From IMG/VR virus record IMGVR_UViG_3300010345_000473: a stretch of 58,845 nucleotides of DNA; one strand, written 5' to 3'. Below are positions 9,201 through 19,679 of this stretch, piece by piece. Under the pieces are notes generated by a model. The model did not search any database. It saw only the letters and a program-made list of their open reading frames with translations, and had not been told where the DNA came from. A program made the position numbers and the translations under genes. How positions within the stretch are numbered: the stretch's first letter is position 1; every line of letters begins with the position of its first letter. This DNA is from an uncultured virus (IMG/VR IMGVR_UViG_3300010345_000473). Taxonomy: Duplodnaviria > Heunggongvirae > Uroviricota > Caudoviricetes.

Positions 9201-9962
9201 ATGCCTATCAATTGGCCCACTGAAGAGCATGTAACATCAATACTTCGACGACATACGGTGGCGGCACTTCAGAAGAAGACACCCAGAGATGGTGCTACTA
9301 TCAACCTACGAGGACTTCTCGATGGATGCATTCGCGCCATCTATTATGAGATGAATAACTATCCAACAAAGATTGTCAACACAGAAAACGTTCTTGTCGA
9401 ACTCACCTGGCTGGGTGCGGTGGGCGATCTCCTGCACAAGAAGATGCAAGATGTGCTGGGACTCACAGAACAACCATACACAGAAAAGCTCTACAAGTTC
9501 AAGTCCTTTGCACCACTTGTCATCTCCTGTAAGTGTGATGGATATGATACAAACACAAATATCCTTTATGAATTCAAAACCAAAGATAAAGATGTTATGA
9601 AATTGAAAGCGCCTATTGAAGTGGAATTGTGGCAGGGTTTGTTATTGTCATTCTTCTTCCGGAAAGAGTTGAATCTTCCTGTTGCTGGATATTGTATGGT
9701 CTATATCGATCGTGGATCCTGCAAACGCCGATTCTTCTACTATAATCTGATGGATATAACTGATCCCATGTATATCGATGTGGGCAACGCGATTGCGCCA
9801 CTCTGTGACAAAATCCAAACTATCAGAGACTTCATCTCTTCAAAAGAAGTTCCACCCATGACACACCCGTTCATTAAAACTCATGCTTACGGAAAGGTCA
9901 TGTGTCTCGAGTGTCCGTATATGATAAGTTGTCGTGGCCACGGCAACACAATTGTCGGTTAA
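9201..9962 (+). CDS. Cas4/RecB-like PD-(D/E)xK exonuclease
   Basis: N-terminal C (GCIRAIYY), CDG...YEFKT, WQ, and C-terminal CLECPYMISC Fe-S ligands. Confidence 0.8.
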   Translation: MPINWPTEEHVTSILRRHTVAALQKKTPRDGATINLRGLLDGCIRAIYYEMNNYPTKIVNTENVLVELTWLGAVGDLLHKKMQDVLGLTEQPYTEKLYKFKSFAPLVISCKCDGYDTNTNILYEFKTKDKDVMKLKAPIEVELWQGLLLSFFFRKELNLPVAGYCMVYIDRGSCKRRFFYYNLMDITDPMYIDVGNAIAPLCDKIQTIRDFISSKEVPPMTHPFIKTHAYGKVMCLECPYMISCRGHGNTIVG

Positions 9963-9963
9963 A

Positions 9964-10212
9964 ATGGGGAGAGTCGATCACGTCATGTTCTCAAGTCCTC
10001 GGAGTATCCGTCTCGCTTTGCTCGTGTGGATCATTCTCATGGCAACACTGTTCATGCATTTCGATTTGGTTTCAGACACCGTGGGTGCATGGTTCATCGC
10101 AGTGGTGACACTCGGGTTCCTCGACTTCCAGCTCATTGTCGGAGCGTTGCAAAACTTCTGTTCCTCCTGGAAAGAACCGCGTAAACCACATCAGAATCGA
10201 CTTGGCAAATAA
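9964..10212 (+). CDS. small membrane protein (two hydrophobic segments, basic tail)
   Basis: LALLVWIILMATLF and GAWFIAVVTLGFL segments. Confidence 0.5.
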   Translation: MGRVDHVMFSSPRSIRLALLVWIILMATLFMHFDLVSDTVGAWFIAVVTLGFLDFQLIVGALQNFCSSWKEPRKPHQNRLGK

Positions 10213-10257
10213 TGATACTCTCATATTGTTTAGTGTGTTCTGAAGGGATGTGAGACT

Positions 10258-13200
10258 TTGTGTGCTAAACGAAGACGCACATCTGATGATGCACCAAAGC
10301 TTCAGATTGTTGGCGCGCCTCCAGTTACACCAGATCCATCCACCGCTCCGCCTGTACGGAAAACATCTCCATGGGTCGATCTCCGGAACTGGATGAATCA
10401 TCCTGATGCATCGGTTGTTGTCAATGTCCCTATCCCAGCAAAAGAAGTCCTACACCATTCCGATGCGGATCTTAATGCATGCGTCCTCTGTGAGATCCTA
10501 TTCAACGACATTCTGATGGGACATGCCCTCAAAGCCACATATTCGGGGTATGCGGCAAAGAGCTTCGCTCTCAACAAATACATGCCGCAATCCAATCGAA
10601 CACAGGACTTCTACAATGCAAACAACGATGGTCCTACACTGAAACCAAAAGAGTGGCAGGAGATCCGATCTCGACATCCCGAATTGAAGACCACCGACAA
10701 AGCTTCTATGCTCCGATTGTATACACAAGCTGAACTCGATGCGCTTCGTGGAGTCGTCCAATCATGCACATCCAAAGAAGCACATGAACTCTATCGTTCT
10801 ACTTTTGGTGAGGAGGCACAATCCGTGGACGTCAATACACGAGGTGATCTCTATCAGTCCATCATGGCAAGTCTTCAGTTCGGATGCAAAGGGTGTTCCA
10901 GTTGTAAGCTTGATGCATCCATGTCTCAATATGTTGTGGCGGATATCACTCAACAGAACGCTGATGCAAGCTTGAAGGATATCCGCGTCCTATTCCTCGG
11001 AGAAGCACCCGCCACCGAAGAAATCAAACACCGCATTCCATTCATCGGGCGATCGGGTGACATCCTTCGAGGAGCACTTTCCGTGTTGGGGATCCCCATC
11101 GAAAATACACTCATCACAAACACATGCTTCTGTTTCCACGCCCCCGGTAACAAGCCCACACCCACCGAGATATATCGATGCTTCGTTCAAGTCGAGGCAG
11201 TGATCAAAGCACTTCCAAATCTCAAGGTCATCGTTCCCATTGGTGGAACGGCGATGTCTCGTCTGGGTATCACCACGTCGGTGCTCGATAATGTGGGGAA
11301 GGTTGCTCGGTACAACAAGATCCTGGTTTACCCAGTTCCACATCCCTCGTGGTTGTTGCGCACCGGGAAAGGTGTTCCTGAGCTTGTGGATGCCATGCGC
11401 GGATTGCTTCCCATCCTCAACGAAGACAAATCTGTCAAGGTACCCAAGGACCGTCAGTTTTCAGGGGATGCGGTACTCTCTCATTTGTCCAGGAACCAGA
11501 CTGGGATGCCCATACCCACGCAGGATGAAGGTCCCACCGAGGCTTCCGCTATAACACCTCTATACTCCGCCCCAGTGGTCTATCAATCCCCACAACGTAT
11601 TTATGACATACAGGGGGTCCGACAGACCGTAGGGACAGGTATGGCGGTGGTAGGGGTGGGAAAAACAACCAATTCCACGGCGCCTGGGTACATCGTGTTT
11701 CGGAAGGGGAATGTCAAGGAACTCTTCTACATCAACCCCATGGTGGAGTACTACACAAGCAAACCTGGCGACTGGGCATCTCAACTCAATGCCATCGAAC
11801 CCATCAGCAATTTGGTACCACAATGTGTGGCCTTCGATAAACTTCGGAACATGCAGCGGCAACATGTATCGAATGCGATGGCTTGTTATAACAGCGACTA
11901 CAACCTTTCCACATATGCGTTGACACAACTCAAAACGAAGTACGAATATGTGGAGGACGAGTCCATTCAGCCACGCATCTGGTATCTCGATATTGAAACT
12001 GAGAAGGATGCTATTCGGGTGACCAGCGAATCGACCAACGTTCAAGCGAAGCTTCGACTTGCATCATTCTTTGACACATATGACAAAGCGTTCTATGTTG
12101 TTGTGGTGAACTCCAACGAGAATCGTGGACAGAATATATCCATCGAACCCATCACTACAACAATCAACAAAAACACGATGGAGTTCCCCGTACACATCGA
12201 ACGAGTCGAAACTGATTATGAGGCGATTCAGTGGCTTCAAAAGAAACTCATCGATTTGGATCCCGACCTCATTACAGGGTGGAATGTGGAATCGTTTGAT
12301 ATGACGTTCCTTGTCAAACGGGCCGAGACACTGGGCATCATCCTTGGGAACAAGTATGGTAAGTTCTCGTTCATCAACTCGAAACGCGACAAGCGGTTGC
12401 TGACCTTTGTGGTGTGCGACGGGATTGCCATCCTTGACTATCTGGTGCTCTATAAATATCAGATTCTCAAGAAGAAGGAAACATATCGACTGGATTATAT
12501 TACAGAGATCGAACTCGGTGCGGATAAGAAGAAGGACGTTCTCGAATATGATCATGATATCATGTACCATCAGCATCTGAATGCCTATGTGCATTATAAC
12601 ATCGTGGACGTTCTCCGAGTCTATGAACTGGAGTGCAAACTCAACTACATCACCTTCAATGTGGAACTCTGTCGCATTTGCAATATCGGATGGTCGGACA
12701 TCTTTTCAAAGATTCGACTCATCGATGGCATCGTCTATCAGTTCACATTGAGCCGGGGATTGGCGGCAATACAAAAGATTCGACCCGTGGAAGCCGCTGC
12801 TCGTGGATTGGAAGATGATATTCCACATGCCTCCGAATCTGATAGTTATGAAGGTGCGTCGGTGCTCGAACCACAGCCGGGCCTCTATGAAGGTGCCGTG
12901 GATCTTGACGCCACATCGCTGTATCCCACCATCATGATTCGGTACAACATGCTGTGTGACACATATGTGGGATCCATCTCTCCCGAGCATGCCACGGCAT
13001 ATCTGTACAATCCGTCGGCTCTTCCAGAAACATTCACATTCAAGAATCCCATCGGACAGACGGTGGAAACCAATGCGTTGGCATTGAAGGAGTATCTGAC
13101 GGACAAGATCCTCATTGCCGAGGGCATGATCTATATGAAGCCCGAGAAACGATCTTCGATCATCTCGGAGATCCTGATGTACCTCATCGGACAGCGTGCT

Positions 13201-15033
13201 CATTATCGGAAACTGTTGCGGGATGCCAAGCAAGCACAGAACTCCTATTTGTCCGATCGATATGAAGTGCTCCAATATGCCTACAAACAGCTGGCCAACA
13301 GCATCTATGGTGTCATGGGGACCTCGGTGTATCGATTGTCGGATAAAACTACCGCAGCAGCGATTACTGGAGCTGGGCGAGAACTCATTCGACTCAGTGC
13401 ACATTTTGCTTCAAGATATATTCAGAAGATCATTGACGAGAAACGACTTGACATCCCATATGATGTGTTTGAATTGAGTGTACCATCTATTGAAGCGCTT
13501 GCAGACATTGCCCAAAGAAAATATGTAATATACGGCGACAGTGTTGTGGGTGATACAACGATTGTAATCAAACGTGCAGACAATACAGTTCATCGTATTC
13601 CAATCAACAGTTTGTTTACACATGTTGATCAAATGTCGACCGACGGCAAAGAGTATTGCTTCCTAGAGGATGTGTACGCTCTTACGAAAGTTGATGACGA
13701 CAATCTCGATTTCCGTAAAGTTCCATATGTTATGAGGCATGCGAGAGGGTCTAAACGATTGTTTGATGTCAATATCACATCTAATTGGAAGGTTGTTGTC
13801 ACAGAAGATCACTCGTTGATCTGGAGGGACACAAAGACAAATGCGGATGTGTGTGGAGCGCCATTAGATACAACATCCGATCGTAAGTTGATCACATACA
13901 CCGACGATCAACATATGTTGTACAGGCTGCCATCAAGTATCACCGAAAGCACAAGAACAGATGAGTATGTGTATGATATCGAAGTTGAAGGCACACATAC
14001 ATTTTTCGCCAATGGCATTCTTGTTCACAACACCGACTCATTGTTTATTAATATAATGCCCGCGGTAGAAGCAGTGTATCCAAACGTTGTGGACAAATCC
14101 GAGAAGTTTCAGAAGGCTTGGGAAATCATCGGATGCATCGGTGATTACATCAACAAGTATATTGTCATCGAGCTTTTGAAACGCAAGGGCATCGATCCTG
14201 AAGATTCGATGAAGGATCATAATTTTAACTTCAAACAAGAAATCGTTATGGCCACGTCGATATTCTTCAATGTAAAGAAACAATATGCGTATCGAGCGAT
14301 TATGGATAAAGGCGTTGCGGTGAACGAACGTGTTATCAAGGGACACGAAGCCCAGAAGTCCGATACACCTCGGGCGATTCGGGGAGCACTCTCGGACCTG
14401 ATCAATTATCTGCTCGACTCCTATGATCCCACACAGATCGCCAGTTCTCAAGCGGGACTTGCGGCCATCTACAACAAGTACTATACTGAGTATGATCGGT
14501 TGCTTGCGGAGGGTAGTGTTTTGGCTGCACGACCGGTTTCTGTGTCTCAGGAGTTCGAAGAGTTCACCACCGCACAGGCCACACTCAAGGGGATGTTGTT
14601 GTATTCGTTGTTGTATGGGTACGAGTTCCGAGCAGGATCGAAGGGGTATCTTTTCTACATCAAACATATCAACTTTGATGCGTTTGGGACCAATGTCATG
14701 ATTCTGTTGGATCAGGCCAAAGCGAAGTACCCCAACTATCCATGGCTCCAACGGATGACTGAACTCGATGGATCTGTGGTGGTCATTCCCCAAGAAACCG
14801 AGCACCTTGATACAAACATCTTTACTGTGGATCGAGCCTATATGTTAGCCAACTTCCTTCAGAAACGGGCGGAAAAAATATTCAATGTTGTTCACATGTC
14901 GGTACCCGGTAGTACACAGTCCACAATGAACTCGTTGCTCTCGTGGGATCAAACTAATGGGTCCACACCGAGAACATCTTCAAAGAAGACGTCCGCGAAA
15001 AAGGTCAGTACTTCGATTCGTATTTGTATGTGA
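10258..15033 (+). CDS. polB: family B DNA polymerase with N-terminal family-4 uracil-DNA-glycosylase-like domain and an intein
   Basis: UDG4: CxxC, GEAP..EE...PFIGRSG, TNTC, HPS. Exonuclease: DIET, GWNVESFD, YNIVDV. Polymerase: DLDATSLYP, KQLANSIYG, YGD/TDS. Confidence 0.93.
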   Translation: MCAKRRRTSDDAPKLQIVGAPPVTPDPSTAPPVRKTSPWVDLRNWMNHPDASVVVNVPIPAKEVLHHSDADLNACVLCEILFNDILMGHALKATYSGYAAKSFALNKYMPQSNRTQDFYNANNDGPTLKPKEWQEIRSRHPELKTTDKASMLRLYTQAELDALRGVVQSCTSKEAHELYRSTFGEEAQSVDVNTRGDLYQSIMASLQFGCKGCSSCKLDASMSQYVVADITQQNADASLKDIRVLFLGEAPATEEIKHRIPFIGRSGDILRGALSVLGIPIENTLITNTCFCFHAPGNKPTPTEIYRCFVQVEAVIKALPNLKVIVPIGGTAMSRLGITTSVLDNVGKVARYNKILVYPVPHPSWLLRTGKGVPELVDAMRGLLPILNEDKSVKVPKDRQFSGDAVLSHLSRNQTGMPIPTQDEGPTEASAITPLYSAPVVYQSPQRIYDIQGVRQTVGTGMAVVGVGKTTNSTAPGYIVFRKGNVKELFYINPMVEYYTSKPGDWASQLNAIEPISNLVPQCVAFDKLRNMQRQHVSNAMACYNSDYNLSTYALTQLKTKYEYVEDESIQPRIWYLDIETEKDAIRVTSESTNVQAKLRLASFFDTYDKAFYVVVVNSNENRGQNISIEPITTTINKNTMEFPVHIERVETDYEAIQWLQKKLIDLDPDLITGWNVESFDMTFLVKRAETLGIILGNKYGKFSFINSKRDKRLLTFVVCDGIAILDYLVLYKYQILKKKETYRLDYITEIELGADKKKDVLEYDHDIMYHQHLNAYVHYNIVDVLRVYELECKLNYITFNVELCRICNIGWSDIFSKIRLIDGIVYQFTLSRGLAAIQKIRPVEAAARGLEDDIPHASESDSYEGASVLEPQPGLYEGAVDLDATSLYPTIMIRYNMLCDTYVGSISPEHATAYLYNPSALPETFTFKNPIGQTVETNALALKEYLTDKILIAEGMIYMKPEKRSSIISEILMYLIGQRAHYRKLLRDAKQAQNSYLSDRYEVLQYAYKQLANSIYGVMGTSVYRLSDKTTAAAITGAGRELIRLSAHFASRYIQKIIDEKRLDIPYDVFELSVPSIEALADIAQRKYVIYGDSVVGDTTIVIKRADNTVHRIPINSLFTHVDQMSTDGKEYCFLEDVYALTKVDDDNLDFRKVPYVMRHARGSKRLFDVNITSNWKVVVTEDHSLIWRDTKTNADVCGAPLDTTSDRKLITYTDDQHMLYRLPSSITESTRTDEYVYDIEVEGTHTFFANGILVHNTDSLFINIMPAVEAVYPNVVDKSEKFQKAWEIIGCIGDYINKYIVIELLKRKGIDPEDSMKDHNFNFKQEIVMATSIFFNVKKQYAYRAIMDKGVAVNERVIKGHEAQKSDTPRAIRGALSDLINYLLDSYDPTQIASSQAGLAAIYNKYYTEYDRLLAEGSVLAARPVSVSQEFEEFTTAQATLKGMLLYSLLYGYEFRAGSKGYLFYIKHINFDAFGTNVMILLDQAKAKYPNYPWLQRMTELDGSVVVIPQETEHLDTNIFTVDRAYMLANFLQKRAEKIFNVVHMSVPGSTQSTMNSLLSWDQTNGSTPRTSSKKTSAKKVSTSIRICM
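13540..14031 (+). mobile_element. mini-intein (164 aa, no homing endonuclease) in PolB motif C
   Basis: Inserted at YGD|TDS. Starts SVVGDT, has block B VTEDHSL and ends YVYDIEVEGTHTFFANGILVHN, followed by Thr. Confidence 0.93.
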
Positions 15034-15050
15034 GAGGGAGGAGCATAATA

Positions 15051-15809
15051 ATGTCTATCACACAGATTGCCTTGGATGTGCTTGAAACTGGATACACCGT
15101 TCAGGGGGAAGGTATCCACATGGGTGTTCCCATGACACTCATCAGAGTGCGGAATTGTAATCTGCATTGCGATTTCTGTGACACAAAAGAAAAGATGGAC
15201 AAGAAGGGTGTACCGTTTCGGTTCTCGGACTATATTGAGTTCATCGACAACCAGCCAAAGAACAGCATCATTCCCACAACGAACGTTATGCTTACAGGTG
15301 GGGAGCCGATGATGTACCCCACTGAGCTCATGGCATTCATCACGCAGTGGTCCATGTACTCTCGGCGTGACTCGATTTGCAATGTTGAAACGAATGGACT
15401 GAATCTGTTTCAGCTCTATATGTTTCTGGAATCGAATCTCCGACGATATCCGAGCCATGTGTACACCATTTCGTGTAGCCCGAAAACCTTTGCGCAACAG
15501 GAGTATAAGAATCTCGCCAACGCGATGCAGCTCATCAAGTACAATGCGGATCCCGAGTATGTCCATAGGATCCTGACATTCAAGCATGTGGTGTCGAGTG
15601 AGATGGCGGAAACGGTGACGCGGACGGTGTGTATGATTCAGAGTGCGCTTCCCGAGCTTCCCACCATTAACAACATTGTTATGCCCATGGGAACCACCGT
15701 CAATGAGATCAATGATGCGATGCCGCATTGTATGGCTCTTGTCCGCACCCATGGATGTCGTATGTCGAGTCGACTGCATATCGTTCACAACGACACCATC
15801 GCTCTGTGA
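15051..15809 (+). CDS. queE: 7-carboxy-7-deazaguanine synthase (radical SAM)
   Basis: TVQGEG.HMG.P..LIR..CNLHCDFCDT, LTGGEP, VETNG, SPK, RLH; GGAGGAG RBS before ATG 15051. Confidence 0.85.
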   Translation: MSITQIALDVLETGYTVQGEGIHMGVPMTLIRVRNCNLHCDFCDTKEKMDKKGVPFRFSDYIEFIDNQPKNSIIPTTNVMLTGGEPMMYPTELMAFITQWSMYSRRDSICNVETNGLNLFQLYMFLESNLRRYPSHVYTISCSPKTFAQQEYKNLANAMQLIKYNADPEYVHRILTFKHVVSSEMAETVTRTVCMIQSALPELPTINNIVMPMGTTVNEINDAMPHCMALVRTHGCRMSSRLHIVHNDTIAL

Positions 15810-15821
15810 TCCAACATCATA

Positions 15822-15856
15822 TCCCCATGGGAGGGATGCGGCTCCTCCCATGGGGA
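15822..15856. terminator. intergenic 13-bp inverted repeat
   Basis: TCCCCATGGGAGG ... CCTCCCATGGGGA. Confidence 0.45.
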
Positions 15857-15884
15857 ATGTGCCGTTCTCGAAGGAGGGACATCT

Positions 15885-17318
15885 GTGGCTACAACGTATC
15901 CAAGCACACCGAGTTCGGGTATTGTCTCCGCGGGTATCGTCACATACCTGAATCGTATGGACTCACTCAGTGGCTGGAATAATCTTCCGAAGCATGATCG
16001 ATTTGAGGATCCTATCAGTCAGCGCATTCACAACATCCTGGAGTGTTATGGGTCCTTTGTCATCAAACCGAGTTTGATCAAAAAGAAGGATTCGTTGCAC
16101 ACCAAGGCCGTGGAGCTTCTTACAGATATCCGATCTCGGATGCCCGCGGAGAAGCATATGTTCATAGACAGCGGTGGGTTCCAGATTGTAGGTGGACGAC
16201 TGCGGGATTCCATCAATGTGGCGCTTCCCAACCTCATCGACATCTACACACGGTTCATTGCCGAGTCCGATCAAACGTTTCCAAACACATCATATTTCTA
16301 TCTGGACATTCCGCCGGTGTTTGGCATCACGCCTTCGGAGTCTCGGACATACATGGACATGTTTCACACCAAGCTCATGGAACGCACTGTGTCAAATGGT
16401 CGACATCGACAACTCTTCTTTATCTACCAAGCAAACTCCCCTATCTCGTTTCGAGTCTTCCGATCCTTCCTCAAGGACAACAATATCGCTTCCCAGCTCG
16501 ATTCGCACAAATGGGCCATGGGTGGTTTAGTGCCTATCAATATGAACGACTTCTCATTGTGGATCCGACCGTATATGATCCCACTGTTTGAAATCATTCC
16601 CCATGAGTATCAATATCTTCGGTCGGGTGGAGAAGTGTGCTATCATGTGCTGGGTGTGAGCAGCATGTTTGACTTCCTGCTGTTCTGCTGGATGATTGTG
16701 TTCAACGAGTATCACAACTTCAATCTGAAGCTGACATTCGATTCTACCACATCAATCTATCTGGCCACGAAGAGTGGGATTGTGCATCACATCGATCCCG
16801 ATACCCAGGCCGTGGTACCTGTTTCCTTTGGATATTCTGAAATTATGAAGTACAACACGAATCGATACAATCGGGATTATATTGCCGACATCCTTAACAC
16901 GGTTCGGACTTCCGTGGGGACAGATGAATCCTATCTGGCGGATCCATCCACGTGGTTCGATGAGAACAATCGATGGACCGCGGGCTTCCTGTGCTCCATG
17001 TGTGCATATGAGTTCTCAGCATACGCTCATGTGTTCCATGTGATGCTTGATCACTTCCGACGGAACAAACTTTGTGTACTCCAGGATGATATGAGGGATC
17101 TGGTGGACATGAGCATCAGCATCCTCAAACAACTGGGTGCCATGCCCAAGGACTTTGCAAGATTCCAGAAAATGACACTCAACTCTTTGATGCGTTCTTT
17201 TGTCGAGTATAAAACCCTCATGACCACTGGGCAACCATCGAAACCCACGGAGCATGTTGTGGATACCACCATGGCAAAGTTTACGTCGCTGAATACCGAT
17301 ATGATGTCCGCCATGTGA
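15885..17318 (+). CDS. TGT-fold guanine transglycosylase, DpdA-like (DNA 7-deazaguanine insertion)
   Basis: FIDSGGFQ, LDIPP, AMGGLVP, HVLGVS, FDST motifs; follows queE. Confidence 0.75.
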   Translation: MATTYPSTPSSGIVSAGIVTYLNRMDSLSGWNNLPKHDRFEDPISQRIHNILECYGSFVIKPSLIKKKDSLHTKAVELLTDIRSRMPAEKHMFIDSGGFQIVGGRLRDSINVALPNLIDIYTRFIAESDQTFPNTSYFYLDIPPVFGITPSESRTYMDMFHTKLMERTVSNGRHRQLFFIYQANSPISFRVFRSFLKDNNIASQLDSHKWAMGGLVPINMNDFSLWIRPYMIPLFEIIPHEYQYLRSGGEVCYHVLGVSSMFDFLLFCWMIVFNEYHNFNLKLTFDSTTSIYLATKSGIVHHIDPDTQAVVPVSFGYSEIMKYNTNRYNRDYIADILNTVRTSVGTDESYLADPSTWFDENNRWTAGFLCSMCAYEFSAYAHVFHVMLDHFRRNKLCVLQDDMRDLVDMSISILKQLGAMPKDFARFQKMTLNSLMRSFVEYKTLMTTGQPSKPTEHVVDTTMAKFTSLNTDMMSAM

Positions 17319-17347
17319 TCACCACCTAGGCATCACATCGTGAGGAG

Positions 17348-19660
17348 TTGTTGGAGACGATGGGAGAGACATATCTAGATTCGATTACCTCGGAACAGAT
17401 CAGGCGATTTATATCGGGAGATCGATCATTCTTCGACTCGAAACTCATCGAGTCGGTATCGCGAATTGTTTTTGGGAAGTGTGTTGATCCCGAGGCGTCG
17501 GGTCGCATTACTGACGTAGTGTTAACATTTGCGAGTCTGTGTAAGAAATATGCACAGTATGAGAATCGGTTTGGTGAGATCGTTTCCCTAGATGCTGTGG
17601 ATCGTGCACTGATCCAAACGATTCACACCATCTCCGCGGGGTATATGGCTACACAGCGTTCGATCACACCCAACGAAGTTTATGCGGAATTTCGGAAGAC
17701 GTTGGCATCATCGCAGTTCAAGATGTTTGTGGAAGCGGATCCCAGTATGGCTACAAAGATTCAATCGTTCATTGAATCCACAACCATTGATTCGAAACAG
17801 ATTGAGGACACACAAGTCTTCATCGAAAACAAAATCGCTGTGGTTGATGTGCTTGAACAGATTGAATCGTATACATCGTTTCTTGAAACAGGAGCCATGA
17901 CATGTACCACACTCGATGATTTTGTGACAAAGTTCTCTCGAGTGGTGAATGATGCCTCAGCAAGTCTTTCGAATATTGTTGATGTGCGGGATGATGAGGG
18001 GTCGCTCAGTGATGCACTTCACGGATCGTTCTTCAAGGAGATCATTGCTGATGACAAGGACCGACTCAAATGTGGGATCAATATCATTGATGCGGTACTT
18101 GGTGGTGGGTTTGACAAAGCTCGTGTCACCATGTTTGCAGGGAAAACGGGTAGTGGCAAATCCACCATGCTTATCAATGTGGCGTATGGCATGCTCAAGA
18201 CGTTGAATGGCATGTACTTCTCGGAGATCGATATCCTGCAGAACGATGCGGCCTTTGATATGATTCTTTCAACATTAAAGAAGTATGTTCAACAAACTCG
18301 GGATGCCGCACCCAAACGAAAGAAACTCATTCTCTATGTGACACTTGAAAATATGAAGACCGAAACCATCAAACGTATCCTCTGCCGGATGGGTTTGATG
18401 CCCAACATCATCTGGACATTGCTTGGCCGAGATCATCGGTTGGCGGAGATCCTTACTACAAAGGGGTTCAAACTGACACGAACGGATCTGCCACCACATA
18501 TGGAAGAGAAGCTCGCTACTCGAATCATCAACATGTGCTCCCTCATCCAGTTTATGTTGCACGATGGCGCCAATGCGGAACTGAAAGTGGTTTGGCAGCC
18601 ACCGATGACAATCACATCATATAACTTGTTTCTGCTTTCAAAGAAATATGAACGCATGGGCTATGATGTGATGGCGACGTTTGTGGATTACCCAGACAAG
18701 ATGCGTGCCATCGATACGGGATCAAAAGCGCACACTGATCAGAATTGGCTCGAACTTGGAACAATCATTGATAACCTGAAAACTCTTTCAAAACAAATCG
18801 AGCAGAATCGAGTCATTTGTGTCACACAGGTGAATCGAGAAGCCAACAAAGGGGATCAGAAGGTTCTGAAGGGCGGAGCGACTTCTGGATCCATCCACAA
18901 AGAGTACAATACTGACACCTATATTTCCCTGGCGTTCAAGAGTGATGATGATTTGGATCTCGAAACCCAGTACAAAGAATTCAAGATGCATCAACATGTG
19001 CTTTATTCGCAGCGTCGATCGATCTTTAACCAGCTCATCTCTTCGGGGGATGATGCGTCGTTCAAATCCACCGAGCGACAATTCAATGCGGTGATGCAGA
19101 ATATGTTACGGTCCTCGGATATCATCACCATGCGACTTGGGGTACCAAAGATTGCACAGGTTGCATCATATGTCACAAAGAACCGCGACGGTGTGAGCGA
19201 TTTGACCTTTGAGCTCCACATTGTCTATGGTATGTATATGATCACGGACTCGTTTGAGGAAGCGCTTGAGTCGGCGAAATATGCCACAGAGACGTATGCC
19301 ATGCTGGTGGAGTATATGTACGCCGAACATCTGATTGGTGGAGAAGCCTATCAGATGTGTCGATATATGGTGTCTCAATTTATGGCAAAGTATAATGAGC
19401 AGAAGATGAGATGTACAAGTCAACTTGATCAGTCCGTTTCGACATATCGGTTGACCACAAACAATGCCATGAGGAGTATGCCCACAACGAATCAGTGGGC
19501 CGCGCCCATTTCACCAATTAAACAATCACATGATGGAACGATCATACCAAGTACAAAATTGGTACCACCCGCCGCAGCTTATGCGGAACACGAGGAACAA
19601 ACTTCGGTTTCGCCTCCCGTGATACCAACATTCCAGCAATCCACGGACGAGCTCATCTAA
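17348..19660 (+). CDS. dnaB: replicative SF4 (DnaB/gp41-like) helicase
   Basis: GGGF...AGKTGSGKST, YVTLEN, FVDYPD, TQVNRE, KNRDG. Confidence 0.85.
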   Translation: MLETMGETYLDSITSEQIRRFISGDRSFFDSKLIESVSRIVFGKCVDPEASGRITDVVLTFASLCKKYAQYENRFGEIVSLDAVDRALIQTIHTISAGYMATQRSITPNEVYAEFRKTLASSQFKMFVEADPSMATKIQSFIESTTIDSKQIEDTQVFIENKIAVVDVLEQIESYTSFLETGAMTCTTLDDFVTKFSRVVNDASASLSNIVDVRDDEGSLSDALHGSFFKEIIADDKDRLKCGINIIDAVLGGGFDKARVTMFAGKTGSGKSTMLINVAYGMLKTLNGMYFSEIDILQNDAAFDMILSTLKKYVQQTRDAAPKRKKLILYVTLENMKTETIKRILCRMGLMPNIIWTLLGRDHRLAEILTTKGFKLTRTDLPPHMEEKLATRIINMCSLIQFMLHDGANAELKVVWQPPMTITSYNLFLLSKKYERMGYDVMATFVDYPDKMRAIDTGSKAHTDQNWLELGTIIDNLKTLSKQIEQNRVICVTQVNREANKGDQKVLKGGATSGSIHKEYNTDTYISLAFKSDDDLDLETQYKEFKMHQHVLYSQRRSIFNQLISSGDDASFKSTERQFNAVMQNMLRSSDIITMRLGVPKIAQVASYVTKNRDGVSDLTFELHIVYGMYMITDSFEEALESAKYATETYAMLVEYMYAEHLIGGEAYQMCRYMVSQFMAKYNEQKMRCTSQLDQSVSTYRLTTNNAMRSMPTTNQWAAPISPIKQSHDGTIIPSTKLVPPAAAYAEHEEQTSVSPPVIPTFQQSTDELI

Positions 19661-19679
19661 TGAAAGGGGAGACATACTG

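Noticed and set aside
9201..9962. Cas4-like gene as part of a CRISPR-Cas locus
   Set aside because: No array or other cas genes; solo Cas4-like nucleases are common in phage replication modules.
15807..15885. queE TGA is in frame with the TGT-like gene, the 25-codon spacer is open and a hairpin follows (possible Sec read-through fusion)
   Set aside because: The hairpin is a long perfect stem with its loop at about +29, like the other intergenic hairpins. The downstream gene has its own strong GAAGGAGG RBS and QueE is already complete.
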